The notes beneath the pieces are model-generated. The model made no database searches. It was given only the letters and a program-made list of their open reading frames with translations, and was not told the origin of the DNA. A program made the translations under genes and the position numbers. Below are positions 7,880 through 16,311 of a stretch of 64,000 bases of DNA, piece after piece; position 1 is the first letter of the stretch, and every line of letters starts with the position of its first letter. This DNA is from Candidatus Dormibacteria bacterium (GTDB lineage: Bacteria; Chloroflexota; Dormibacteria; Aeolococcales; Aeolococcaceae): the NCBI GenBank assembly GCA_050012735.1, contig JBEKGP010000001.1, positions 2,055 to 66,054 of the forward strand. Reading direction: 5' to 3'.

Positions 7880-8701
7880 ATGCAGAGCGGCGCCACGGAT
7901 GCCCTGGCCGTTGTCCACGAACACATCCACGTCTGCACGGACTGCCCACTCCACCTCAAGCGCATCCAGGCCGTACCGGGGACCGGGCCCGCCGGGGCCC
8001 GCATCATGGCGGTGGGGGAGGGCCCGGGAGAGACCGAGGACCGCCTCGGCCGCCCCTTCGTCGGGGCCGCGGGCAACGTCCTGACCAAGCTCCTGGAGAG
8101 CATCGGTCTGCGCCGCGACGACATCTACATCACCAACGTGGTGAAGTGCCGGCCGCCGGGCAACCGGGACCCGGAGCCGGCCGAGATGGAGGCCTGCTCC
8201 CACTTCCTGGACGCCCAGATCGAGATCATCCGGCCCGACGTCATCCTGATCCTGGGTCGCCACGCGCTGGCCCGGCTGCTCCCGGGAGCGGGCGGCATCA
8301 GCGGTCTGCACGGCCGCAGGGTGGTCCGCGGCGACCGCCTCTACGTCCCCCTGTACCATCCGGCGGCCGCCCTCTACCAGGGGTCCTTGATGCGGACACT
8401 CGAGGACGACATGCGCAAGGTGCGCGGGTACCTGGACGAGGCGGAGGCCCGGCGGCGCCAGCCGGCGCCCGCGGCCGCTCCGGCGGGAGAGGCCGCGGCT
8501 TCCGCTCCGGCAGCGCCCGCGGCCGCCCCGGCGCCGGCCGAACCGCTCCTGCGCCTGGTCCCCCCCGAGCCGGCGGAGCCGGCCCCGCGTCTCGCGCCTC
8601 CCGAGCCCGTCGAGCCGCCGCTGGGGCTCGCGTCTCCGGGCCCGGTGGAGCCCGCTCCGCCGCCCGAGCCGCCCGGCCGCGACCAGCTCAGCCTGTTTTG
8701 A
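7880..8701 (+). CDS. family-4 uracil-DNA glycosylase with Pro/Ala-rich C-terminal tail ending QLSLF
   Basis: It has CTDCPL, GEGPGETED, VKCRPPGNR, EACSHF and LYHPAAAL, which are the family-4 UDG motifs and Fe-S cysteines. The part of the ORF upstream of ATG 7880 is antisense to the permease. Confidence 0.85.
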   Translation: MQSGATDALAVVHEHIHVCTDCPLHLKRIQAVPGTGPAGARIMAVGEGPGETEDRLGRPFVGAAGNVLTKLLESIGLRRDDIYITNVVKCRPPGNRDPEPAEMEACSHFLDAQIEIIRPDVILILGRHALARLLPGAGGISGLHGRRVVRGDRLYVPLYHPAAALYQGSLMRTLEDDMRKVRGYLDEAEARRRQPAPAAAPAGEAAASAPAAPAAAPAPAEPLLRLVPPEPAEPAPRLAPPEPVEPPLGLASPGPVEPAPPPEPPGRDQLSLF

Positions 8702-10392
8702 TCCAGACATCCGGCGTCGGCGCACCCACCGGGACCGAGGTCTCGCGCCTCCGCCTGGTCGCCCTGGGGGGCCTCGGTGAGATCGGCCGCAACCTCCTCG
8801 CGATCGAATGCGGCGACGACATCGTGGTCGTCGACTCCGGCCTGATGTTCCCCGAGACCGAGATGCTCGGGGTCGACCTGGTCATCCCCGACGTGGGCTG
8901 GCTGGTCGAGCGGCGCGAGAAGGTGCGCGGCATCGTCCTCACCCACGGCCACGAGGACCACATCGGCGCCCTCCCGTACATCCTGCCCCGCCTCGACGTC
9001 CCCGTCTTCGGGACCGCCCTCACCCTCGGCATCCTGCGCAACAAGCTGCGCGAGCACCGTCTGCTCACCAGCACCCGGCTGACCACGGTCACCCCGGGCG
9101 ACACGGTTCAGCTCGGTTGCATCGCCGTCGAGTGGATCCACACCACTCACTCGGTGCCCGACGCCTGCGCCCTCGCCCTCCACACCCCGCTCGGCGTGAT
9201 CATCCACACCGGCGACTTCAAGGTGGATCAGTCCCCCGTCCACGGAGAGCCCCCCGACCTCGCGCGCCTGGCGCGGCTGGGTGACGCCGGCGTCCTCCTC
9301 CTGCTCTCTGACAGCACCAATGCCGAGGTCGAGGGGATGACCCCGAGCGAGCGGTCCGTGGCCCCGGCGCTCGCCTCGCTGATCGGTGGAGCGGCGGGCC
9401 GGGTGCTGGTCGCCACCTTCGCCTCCAACATCTCGCGCCTGCAGCAGGTGGTCCAGGCGGCCGAGAACGCCGACCGGCATTGCCTCTTCATCGGGCGCTC
9501 GATGCTCAACAACGTCAAGGTCGCCCAGGAGCTCGGCTTCCTCGAGGTTGGTCGCGGCACCGTCGTCTCCCCCAAGCAGGCGGACCGTCTGCCCGACGCG
9601 GAGCTCTGCATCCTCTGCACCGGCTCCCAGGGCGAGCCCCTCTCGGCGTTGAGCCGGATCGCGGGCGGCGAGCACCCGCTGGTCTCCCTGCATCCCGGCG
9701 ACACCGTGGTGCTGAGCGCCAACCCCATCCCCGGCAACGAGGAGGCGGTCCACCTCACCGTCAACAACCTGGACCGGCTGGGCGCCCACACCTACCGCGG
9801 CAGCGCGCACGGTCTCCACGCCTCCGGCCACGCCGCGCGGGAGGAGCTGCGCCTGCTGCTCACCCTCTGCCGGCCCCGGTACTTCATGCCGGTGCACGGC
9901 GAGTACCGGCATCTCGCCGCCCACCGCGAGCTGGCCATCGCCTCCGGGGTCCTCCCGGAGAACGTCGCCGCGGTCGACAACGGGAAGGTGGTCGAGATCG
10001 ACGGCGAAGGCCTCCACGTGCTCGAGCGCCGAGTTCCGGCCGGTTACGTGTACGTCGACGGCCTCAGCCTGGAGGACGCCACCGACGTGGTCTTCCGCGA
10101 CCGCCGCCAGCTCGCCGAGGACGGGCTGATCATCGTCCACCTCGCCGTCGAGCGCTCCACCGGCGCCATCGTCGCCGGCCCGGAGCTGATCGCCCGCGGT
10201 TTCATCGAGGACGCCGACAGCGCCGCCCTCTTTGAGGAGGCGCAGATCCGGGTTCGCGAGATCCTGGAGCACCTCGCCCCCGACGCCGGCTGGGCGGTCT
10301 GGAAGGGGGCGGTGCACGAGGCCCTCAGCCGCTTCCTCTTCAAACGGACCAATCGCCGGCCGCTGATCCTTCCACTGGTCACCGAGGTCTGA
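8698..10392 (+). CDS. rnj: ribonuclease J
   Basis: LRLVALGGLGEIGRNLLAIE...LTHGHEDHIGALPY...HASGHAAREEL is the metallo-beta-lactamase/beta-CASP RNase J pattern. The only in-frame start upstream of the conserved N-terminus is TTG 8698, which overlaps the UDG stop. Confidence 0.9.
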   Translation: MIQTSGVGAPTGTEVSRLRLVALGGLGEIGRNLLAIECGDDIVVVDSGLMFPETEMLGVDLVIPDVGWLVERREKVRGIVLTHGHEDHIGALPYILPRLDVPVFGTALTLGILRNKLREHRLLTSTRLTTVTPGDTVQLGCIAVEWIHTTHSVPDACALALHTPLGVIIHTGDFKVDQSPVHGEPPDLARLARLGDAGVLLLLSDSTNAEVEGMTPSERSVAPALASLIGGAAGRVLVATFASNISRLQQVVQAAENADRHCLFIGRSMLNNVKVAQELGFLEVGRGTVVSPKQADRLPDAELCILCTGSQGEPLSALSRIAGGEHPLVSLHPGDTVVLSANPIPGNEEAVHLTVNNLDRLGAHTYRGSAHGLHASGHAAREELRLLLTLCRPRYFMPVHGEYRHLAAHRELAIASGVLPENVAAVDNGKVVEIDGEGLHVLERRVPAGYVYVDGLSLEDATDVVFRDRRQLAEDGLIIVHLAVERSTGAIVAGPELIARGFIEDADSAALFEEAQIRVREILEHLAPDAGWAVWKGAVHEALSRFLFKRTNRRPLILPLVTEV

Positions 10393-10476
10393 CGACCGGG
10401 CATCCCGCCCGTGACCGTCTCGGCACCCCACCTTCGGCACTGAGGTCTTGAGCTTCCGGCGGGTGCGCTCGCCGCA

Positions 10477-10498
10477 GCACTGGGACGGGCCCCAGTGC
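10477..10498 (+). terminator. GC-rich hairpin downstream of rnj
   Basis: GCACTGGG-acgggc-CCCAGTGC forms an 8-bp stem. No clear T-tract follows. Confidence 0.3.
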
Positions 10499-10582
10499 CG
10501 GTCGCCCTGTTATGGCGCTTGTTATATAGGGCCGACCAGCCTATCCTCGATTAGTTCAAAAGCACTAGTAAGGATGGGGTAC

Positions 10583-11515
10583 ATGAGCATATTTGGAAGA
10601 CCACTTGCAGTCGTCATTGCGGTGGTTGCAGTTGCTGTGCCGGTTGCGGCGATGGCCGCGGCACCCGTGTCTCCAGGGGGAGCCGCACCCGCAGCGTCGG
10701 TGGGAGCCGCGCCCGCTGCGTCAAGCGTCCTGTACAACAGCACGGTCACTCCGGGCCGAGTGGGCAACCTGCCCAGCGTGGGTGGTGAGGCGTACGCGTT
10801 CGCTGAGTTCGGGAATCAGATCACGCTGACCCGTGCCGCCAAGGCCGGCACCGTCGTGGTCACCCTGAGCTCGTGGGGCTGCCAGAGCGGGACCTGGAAC
10901 ACCGACGACTGCGTGACGGAGGCCGGCGCCAAGTTCACGGAGCCGATCACCCTCAACATCTACGACGCACCGACGGCGACGACGCCACCGACGGTGGTTC
11001 CAGGTACCCGGATCCTGTCGGTGACCAAGACCTTCTCCATTCCCTATCGCCCGTCGGCGAACGTCACCAAGTGCATCGGCTCGAGCGCTGGCCAGTGGTA
11101 TGACAACGCCCTGGGCTCCTGCTTCGACGGGCTCGCGACCAACATCGCCTTCAACCTCACCTCCCTCCATCTGAGCCTCCCCAAGAGCCTGGTGTTCGGG
11201 ATCGCCTACAACACGAGCGACTACGGCTACGCGCCGTACGGGGACAGCACCACGTGCCAGAGCACCTCAGAGGGCTGCCCGTACGACTCTCTGAACATCG
11301 GCCTCTCGCAGGACCCGACCAACCTGAGCCGGGGAACCGACCCCAATCCCGGCACCATCTTCCAGAACTCTCCGCTCGCCGGCGAGTACTGCGATGGCGG
11401 TACGGGCGGCACGAGCACCTTCCGCCTCGATTCGCCCGGCGACCCGTGCTGGGGCGTGACCACCTCCGATGAGGCGCCCTGGTACATCCCGGCAGTCGAG
11501 TTCAACGCCAGCTGA
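10583..11515 (+). CDS. secreted cysteine-rich protein of unknown function
   Basis: The start is ATG 10583 (or 10574) after TAAGGA. The signal peptide IFGRPLAVVIAVVAVAVPVAAMAA is followed by an Ala/Pro linker and a ~270-aa domain with 10 Cys. No family is recognised. Confidence 0.6.
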   Translation: MSIFGRPLAVVIAVVAVAVPVAAMAAAPVSPGGAAPAASVGAAPAASSVLYNSTVTPGRVGNLPSVGGEAYAFAEFGNQITLTRAAKAGTVVVTLSSWGCQSGTWNTDDCVTEAGAKFTEPITLNIYDAPTATTPPTVVPGTRILSVTKTFSIPYRPSANVTKCIGSSAGQWYDNALGSCFDGLATNIAFNLTSLHLSLPKSLVFGIAYNTSDYGYAPYGDSTTCQSTSEGCPYDSLNIGLSQDPTNLSRGTDPNPGTIFQNSPLAGEYCDGGTGGTSTFRLDSPGDPCWGVTTSDEAPWYIPAVEFNAS

Positions 11516-11530
11516 ATCCCTGGTGCCGGA

Positions 11531-11558
11531 CCCGGCGGTGGTTTCGGCCACCGCCGGG
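11531..11558. terminator. bidirectional hairpin between convergent genes
   Basis: CCCGGCGGTGG-tttcgg-CCACCGCCGGG forms a perfect 11-bp stem between the stops at 11515 (+) and 11583 (-). Confidence 0.5.
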
Positions 11559-11582
11559 CCGGCATCGACTCCGGGGCTCGGC

Positions 11583-12107
11583 TCAGGCCATTACTCCTGC
11601 AAGCCAGATTCGCAGGCTGGCCAGTTGCTCGTCGTGGCGCGCCTTGATCAGGGGGCTGCGCGGGTGAACCGGCGAACCTGAGTACCGTTCGGTCGCCGCG
11701 ATCACCACGGAGGATCCATCCGTCAGCAGCACGCGGATGGCTCGCCCCTGATACTTGAATCGAGCCGTATCGAGGCGGAAGCCAGCCACCTGCTCGCGAG
11801 GGATCGTTCGCGTCGAGGCGAAATTGCGCACGATGAGCGCGTCTCTGGTGCTCCGGGCCCCGACCCTGCTCCAGCGCCAGGCGACGGCCGTGAAGAGCTC
11901 CGCCGCGACCACTGAGACCAGCAGCTCCGCGAGAGCGCCGCGCATGGCGGCCTCGATCGCGGAGAAGGTGGCTCCGAGTGCGAGGACGGAGAACCATCCG
12001 ACGGAGAAGGTCCGAAAGGGCTGAGGTATCCGGAAGTCGACTTCAGCGGCCAAGGCCGTGAATGGTAAGAGCACCCGACGACCACCGCGCCGGGGAGATA
12101 TCGACAA
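11583..12107 (-). CDS. membrane protein with C-terminal PH-like (bPH) domain, hypothetical
   Basis: It has two N-terminal TM helices. ALIVRNFASTRTIPREQVAGFRLD...IRVLLTDGSSVVI then resembles bacterial PH-domain proteins. Confidence 0.5.
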   Translation of the reverse strand: MSISPRRGGRRVLLPFTALAAEVDFRIPQPFRTFSVGWFSVLALGATFSAIEAAMRGALAELLVSVVAAELFTAVAWRWSRVGARSTRDALIVRNFASTRTIPREQVAGFRLDTARFKYQGRAIRVLLTDGSSVVIAATERYSGSPVHPRSPLIKARHDEQLASLRIWLAGVMA

Positions 12108-12148
12108 CCCACCACCTCTGGCAATTCCTCAGTTCGGCTTGACCATCC

Positions 12149-12160
12149 GAACGCCCATTC
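12149..12160 (+). promoter_or_regulatory. weak SOS-box-like element upstream of ftsK
   Basis: GAACGCCCATTC has one mismatch to GAAC-N4-GTTC. It lies 5 nt downstream of TTGACC (12139-12144). Confidence 0.2.
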
Positions 12161-12236
12161 GCAACCGGCCCGGCCCTGCTACGATCGACGCGGCCCGCCG
12201 CCCTCCCCACGTCACACACGAGGCTCAGAGACCGAC

Positions 12237-14570
12237 ATGCCTCCCCGGACCCAGACCCGACCTCGCACAAGTCCGGCGCGCACCGCAGCGCGACGCCCCT
12301 CGGGCCGTTCCGCACGCCGCCGCCAGGCCAGGCCGGCCCGCCCCCCCCGCAAGCCGCTGATCAGCGCGGACCAGCGCCGGGAGCTGAGCGGCATCGGACT
12401 GGTCGGACTGGGAGTGCTGCTCGGGGTCGTCCTCGCCCTACCCGGAGGAGGCTCGCTCGCCCGGCCGGTGCACGACGCCATGCTCGGATCGCTCGGCGTC
12501 GGGGCCTGGGTGATCGCCGGCGGCCTGATCGTAACCGGGGCTCGCCTGCTCGGCCAGCGTGCCTGGACGGGAGGGGCCCTGGCCGCCGCCGGGAGCATCC
12601 TGGTCGTGGTCGCCATGCTCGGCTTCTTCGGCCTGATCTTCTCGGGCAGCGCCGGCACGATCGGCCAGCACTTCAGCGCCGGTCTGGCGGACCGCCTGGG
12701 CGGTGCCGCCACCGGGGCCCTGATGTTCGTCCTGATCTTCGCGGGGCTGGTGCTGGCCATCGAGCTCCGCATCGCGCCCGCCCTCGCGGCGGTGCGCGGC
12801 TGGCTGGCCAACCAGACCTTTGCCGGCTCGGCCACCGGCACCGCGAAACCGGTCAAGGTCAAGAAGGGACGCGAGTCGGCGGTGAGCCTGACCGGGACCG
12901 CCACACCGCTTGGCTTCATGCCCGCGCCCGCGGCGCTCGAGCAGCCGCTTCTGCCGCTGCTCCCCCTCCCACCGCTCGCCACCCCGCGCTCCGGCGAGCC
13001 CCCGGAGGACGAGTTGCTGGTGACACCACCTGAGGCCTTCACGCGCGAGTTCGAGGGCAAGGTGGAGGCGCGCCCGCTGGGGACGATCCCCGAGGTGGCC
13101 ATCCTGCACGGCGTCGATGCGACCGAGGAGGAGCCGGAACGCGTCTGGGTGCTCCCCAGCCCCGAGCTTCTCGACACCGTCAGCGGCAAGCGGGAGCGCC
13201 TCGAGAAGGAGGTGCAGGCGACCGCCGCGCTGATCGCCAGCACCCTCGCGTCGTTCTCCATTCAGGCCCGGGTGGTGGGCGCCAACAGCGGTCCCACCGT
13301 CACCCAGTACGAATTGCAGCCGGCCGCGGGCGTTCCCGTCCGCAAGATCGTCGGCGCTCAGACCGACCTCTCGCTGGCCCTCGCCGCCCCCATCCGGATC
13401 CAGCCCTTCATCCCGGGCAAGTCGGCGGTGGGGATCGAGGTGCCCAACAAGGCGGCCCAACTCGTCTCCCTCAAGGAGATCATCACCGCCCCCGTCTTCA
13501 GCGACCCCCGCAAGCGGCTCGCCGTCGCGCTCGGCGCCGACGTCTCCGGGCACCCCGTGGTCGGCGACCTCTGCCGCATGCCCCACCTCCTCGTCGCCGG
13601 CGCGACGGGCAGTGGCAAGTCGGTCTGCATCAACGCGATCCTGGCGGGATTCCTCCTCCAGGCGACACCGGCACAGCTCAAGCTGATCCTGATTGATCCG
13701 AAGCGGGTCGAGCTCTCCACCTTCGCCGACGTGCCCCACCTGCTGGTCCCGGTGGTGGTCGAGCCGGAGGCCGCCGTCGCCTCGCTGCGCTGGGCATGCA
13801 AGGAGATGGAGGAGCGCTACAAGCTCTTCGCCAGCCACGGCGCGCGCAACATCGCGGCCTTCAACGAGCGCGCCCCCGGGCTCGGGCTCTCGCCGCTTCC
13901 CTACGTCGTCATCGTCATCGACGAGCTCGCCGACCTGATGATGGTCGCGGCCGGCGAGATCGAGGACCTGGTCTGCCGCGTGGCCCAGCTAGCCCGCGCC
14001 GTTGGCATCCACCTGATCGTCGCCACCCAGCGGCCCTCGGCCGACATCATCACCGGGCTGATCAAGGCCAACATCCCGAGCCGGGCCGCCTTCGCCGTCT
14101 CGAGCGGCGTCGACTCCCGGGTCATCATCGACGAGATGGGCGCCGAGAAGCTGCTCGGCCGGGGCGACATGCTCTACCTGCCCATCGACGAGGGCAAGCC
14201 GCGGCGGCTGCAGGGCGCCTTCTGCTCGGACCGCGAGCTGGAGGCTCTCATCGACTTCTGGAAGCAGCAGGGGAAGCCGGACTACCAGGAGGAGGTATTC
14301 CAGGTCGAGGCGACGGTCTCGTGGGCCCGCGACGCCGGCAAGCGCGACCCGCTCTTCGCCAAGGCCGCCCATACCGTCGCCGCCGAGGGCCGGGCGGCTG
14401 CCTCCCTGCTCCAGCGCAAGCTCAACGTCGGCTACACCCGGGCCGCCCGCCTGGTCGACCAGCTGGCCGAGCAGCGCGTGGTCGGCCCCTTCGAGGGCAG
14501 CAAGTCCCGCGAGGTCCTGATGGACGTCCTCCAGGTGGACGAGTTGCTGGCCGAGCTGGGGGAGGAGTAG
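12237..14570 (+). CDS. ftsK: DNA translocase FtsK/SpoIIIE
   Basis: It has N-terminal TM helices, a linker, Walker A GATGSGKSVCINA, IVIDELADLMM, and a gamma winged helix ASLLQRKLNVGYTRAARLVDQL. Confidence 0.95.
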   Translation: MPPRTQTRPRTSPARTAARRPSGRSARRRQARPARPPRKPLISADQRRELSGIGLVGLGVLLGVVLALPGGGSLARPVHDAMLGSLGVGAWVIAGGLIVTGARLLGQRAWTGGALAAAGSILVVVAMLGFFGLIFSGSAGTIGQHFSAGLADRLGGAATGALMFVLIFAGLVLAIELRIAPALAAVRGWLANQTFAGSATGTAKPVKVKKGRESAVSLTGTATPLGFMPAPAALEQPLLPLLPLPPLATPRSGEPPEDELLVTPPEAFTREFEGKVEARPLGTIPEVAILHGVDATEEEPERVWVLPSPELLDTVSGKRERLEKEVQATAALIASTLASFSIQARVVGANSGPTVTQYELQPAAGVPVRKIVGAQTDLSLALAAPIRIQPFIPGKSAVGIEVPNKAAQLVSLKEIITAPVFSDPRKRLAVALGADVSGHPVVGDLCRMPHLLVAGATGSGKSVCINAILAGFLLQATPAQLKLILIDPKRVELSTFADVPHLLVPVVVEPEAAVASLRWACKEMEERYKLFASHGARNIAAFNERAPGLGLSPLPYVVIVIDELADLMMVAAGEIEDLVCRVAQLARAVGIHLIVATQRPSADIITGLIKANIPSRAAFAVSSGVDSRVIIDEMGAEKLLGRGDMLYLPIDEGKPRRLQGAFCSDRELEALIDFWKQQGKPDYQEEVFQVEATVSWARDAGKRDPLFAKAAHTVAAEGRAAASLLQRKLNVGYTRAARLVDQLAEQRVVGPFEGSKSREVLMDVLQVDELLAELGEE

Positions 14571-14629
14571 GGGAGACCCTCCCCCGGCGCAAGGTTTGCT
14601 GACGGCCGCTGCTATCCTTGCTCACCGGG

Positions 14630-15121
14630 ATGCCTCAGGAGTACTCGTTCGACGTCGTCAGCGACTTCGACCACCAGGAGATGGTCAACTCCGTCGACCA
14701 GACCCGACGGGAGATCCAGACCCGGTACGACTTCAAGGGCATCACGGTGGAGATCACCCTGGAGAAGGAGCAGCTGATCCTCCTCACCGAGGGCGACATG
14801 CAGCTCAAGGCCATCCTGGACGTCCTCCAGAGCAAGCTCCACCGGCGGGGGATCGACCTCAAGGTTCTCGACCCTCAGAAGGCGGAGCCGGCCGCCAAGG
14901 GCAACGTGCGCCAGGTGATCAAGCTGCGCCGGGGCATCGCCGAGGAGCTGGCGCGCACCCTCACCAAGAAGATCCGGAGCGAGCATCCCAAGGTGCAGTC
15001 CCGCATCCAAGGCGATCAGCTCCGGGTCGTCTCCAAGGACAAGGACGCTCTTCAGGGAGTGATCCAGGCCCTGCGTGAGATGGATCTCGAGGTCCCCCTG
15101 CAGTTCAACAATTATCGGTGA
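14630..15121 (+). CDS. yajQ: YajQ-family (UPF0234) nucleotide/c-di-GMP-binding protein
   Basis: The N-terminus is MPQEYSFDVVSDFDHQEMVNSVDQTRREIQTRYDFKG and the C-terminus ends PLQFNNYR. An alternative TTG start is at 14618. Confidence 0.85.
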   Translation: MPQEYSFDVVSDFDHQEMVNSVDQTRREIQTRYDFKGITVEITLEKEQLILLTEGDMQLKAILDVLQSKLHRRGIDLKVLDPQKAEPAAKGNVRQVIKLRRGIAEELARTLTKKIRSEHPKVQSRIQGDQLRVVSKDKDALQGVIQALREMDLEVPLQFNNYR

Positions 15122-15657
15122 GACGCCACCTCAACCTGCCCAACCAGCTGACCATCCTTCGCCTCCTGCTGGTTCCGGTCATCGGCGTCTCGATGGCGAT
15201 CACGTTCACCGACCATTACCAGGTGGCGGTCGTGATCTACGCCCTGGCGGCTCTCACCGACACGCTCGACGGCCGGATCGCCCGAGCCCGCCATCAGGTC
15301 ACCGAGCTGGGCAAGTTCCTCGACCCCTTGGTCGACAAGATCATGGTGATCACGGTCCTGGTGATCCTGGTCGACAAGTCGCTGCTGTGGGCCTGGGTGG
15401 TGGTGGTCGTCTTTGCTCGCGAGTTCGTGATCACCGGCCTGCGCACACTGTCCGCCACCCAGGGGGTCGTCATCGGCGCCAGCTCGTGGGGCAAGTCGAA
15501 GATGCTGACCCAGAACTGCATGATCGTGCTGGTGCTCCTGGCCCAGCCCTACCCGCTGCTGGCCACGCCGGCGACCGTCTTCGTCTACCTGGCGGTGGTC
15601 GCGACGGTGCTGAGCGGGCTCGACTACCTCTGGCGCTATCGCCGCTTCGTGATATGA
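15118..15657 (+). CDS. pgsA: CDP-diacylglycerol--glycerol-3-phosphate 3-phosphatidyltransferase
   Basis: [14 protein letters not shown]...DTLDGRIAR...[10 protein letters not shown] is the CDP-alcohol phosphatidyltransferase motif. The GTG start overlaps the yajQ stop (GTGA). Confidence 0.9.
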   Translation: MRRHLNLPNQLTILRLLLVPVIGVSMAITFTDHYQVAVVIYALAALTDTLDGRIARARHQVTELGKFLDPLVDKIMVITVLVILVDKSLLWAWVVVVVFAREFVITGLRTLSATQGVVIGASSWGKSKMLTQNCMIVLVLLAQPYPLLATPATVFVYLAVVATVLSGLDYLWRYRRFVI

Positions 15658-15682
15658 GGCGGGGCGGCGAGGGTGGCCTGAC

Positions 15683-16186
15683 GTGAGCGACGCCCCCCGC
15701 CTCGCCGGTGCCTTCCCGGAGAGCGCGGGCCTCGGCCGTCGTCTGGTCGCCCACCAGCTGACCGTGGCGGTCGCGGAGTCGTGCACCGGCGGGCTGCTGG
15801 GAGCCGCGCTCACCGCCGTGGCCGGGGCTTCCGCCTACGTCCGAGGTGGGGTCATCGCCTACGCGGACACCGTGAAGATCGACCTCCTGGCGGTGGACCG
15901 TGAGCAACTGGCCCGGGTGGGCGCGGTGAGCGCCGAGGTGGCCGCCGCCATGGCCTGCGGCGTGGCGCGGCTCCTGGGCGCCGATCTGGGCATCGCCATC
16001 ACCGGTGTGGCCGGTCCGGGGGCTGAGGGAACCGCCAAGCCGGTCGGGCTCATCCACGTCGCGGGATGGCTGGGCGGCCGGACCGAGGCGGTCGAGCTGC
16101 GCGAGGGCGGCGATCGTGAGGCCAACCGCGCCGCCGCGGTGCGCGCCGCCCTGCGGGTGGGGCTGGCGCTCGCCGGTGACGCCTGA
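15683..16186 (+). CDS. cinA: CinA-family protein (PncC-like nicotinamide-nucleotide amidase domain only)
   Basis: It contains [36 protein letters not shown]...[11 protein letters not shown]. Confidence 0.85.
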   Translation: MSDAPRLAGAFPESAGLGRRLVAHQLTVAVAESCTGGLLGAALTAVAGASAYVRGGVIAYADTVKIDLLAVDREQLARVGAVSAEVAAAMACGVARLLGADLGIAITGVAGPGAEGTAKPVGLIHVAGWLGGRTEAVELREGGDREANRAAAVRAALRVGLALAGDA

Positions 16187-16311
16187 GCCACCCACCTGGG
16201 CCCAGGGGCGGTTGCCCGGACAGATCGCGCCCAGGGGGCTTCGGGGTCGGAGCGCCGGCGCCGGGCCCGCGGCCAGGCTCGGGCTCCGGTGAGTGGCTAG
16301 ACTGACGTCAC

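Noticed and set aside
8374-10440. Very long antisense ORFs. These include 688 aa opposite rnj, 25826-27685 opposite mutS, 27406-29292 opposite mutL, 2241-3380, 16297-17772, 55415-56683 and 33030-34244.
   Set aside because: Their translations are Arg/Gly/Pro/Ala-rich low complexity with no recognisable motifs, whereas the opposite strand encodes clear conserved proteins. This is the typical stop-codon-poor artefact of ~70% GC DNA.
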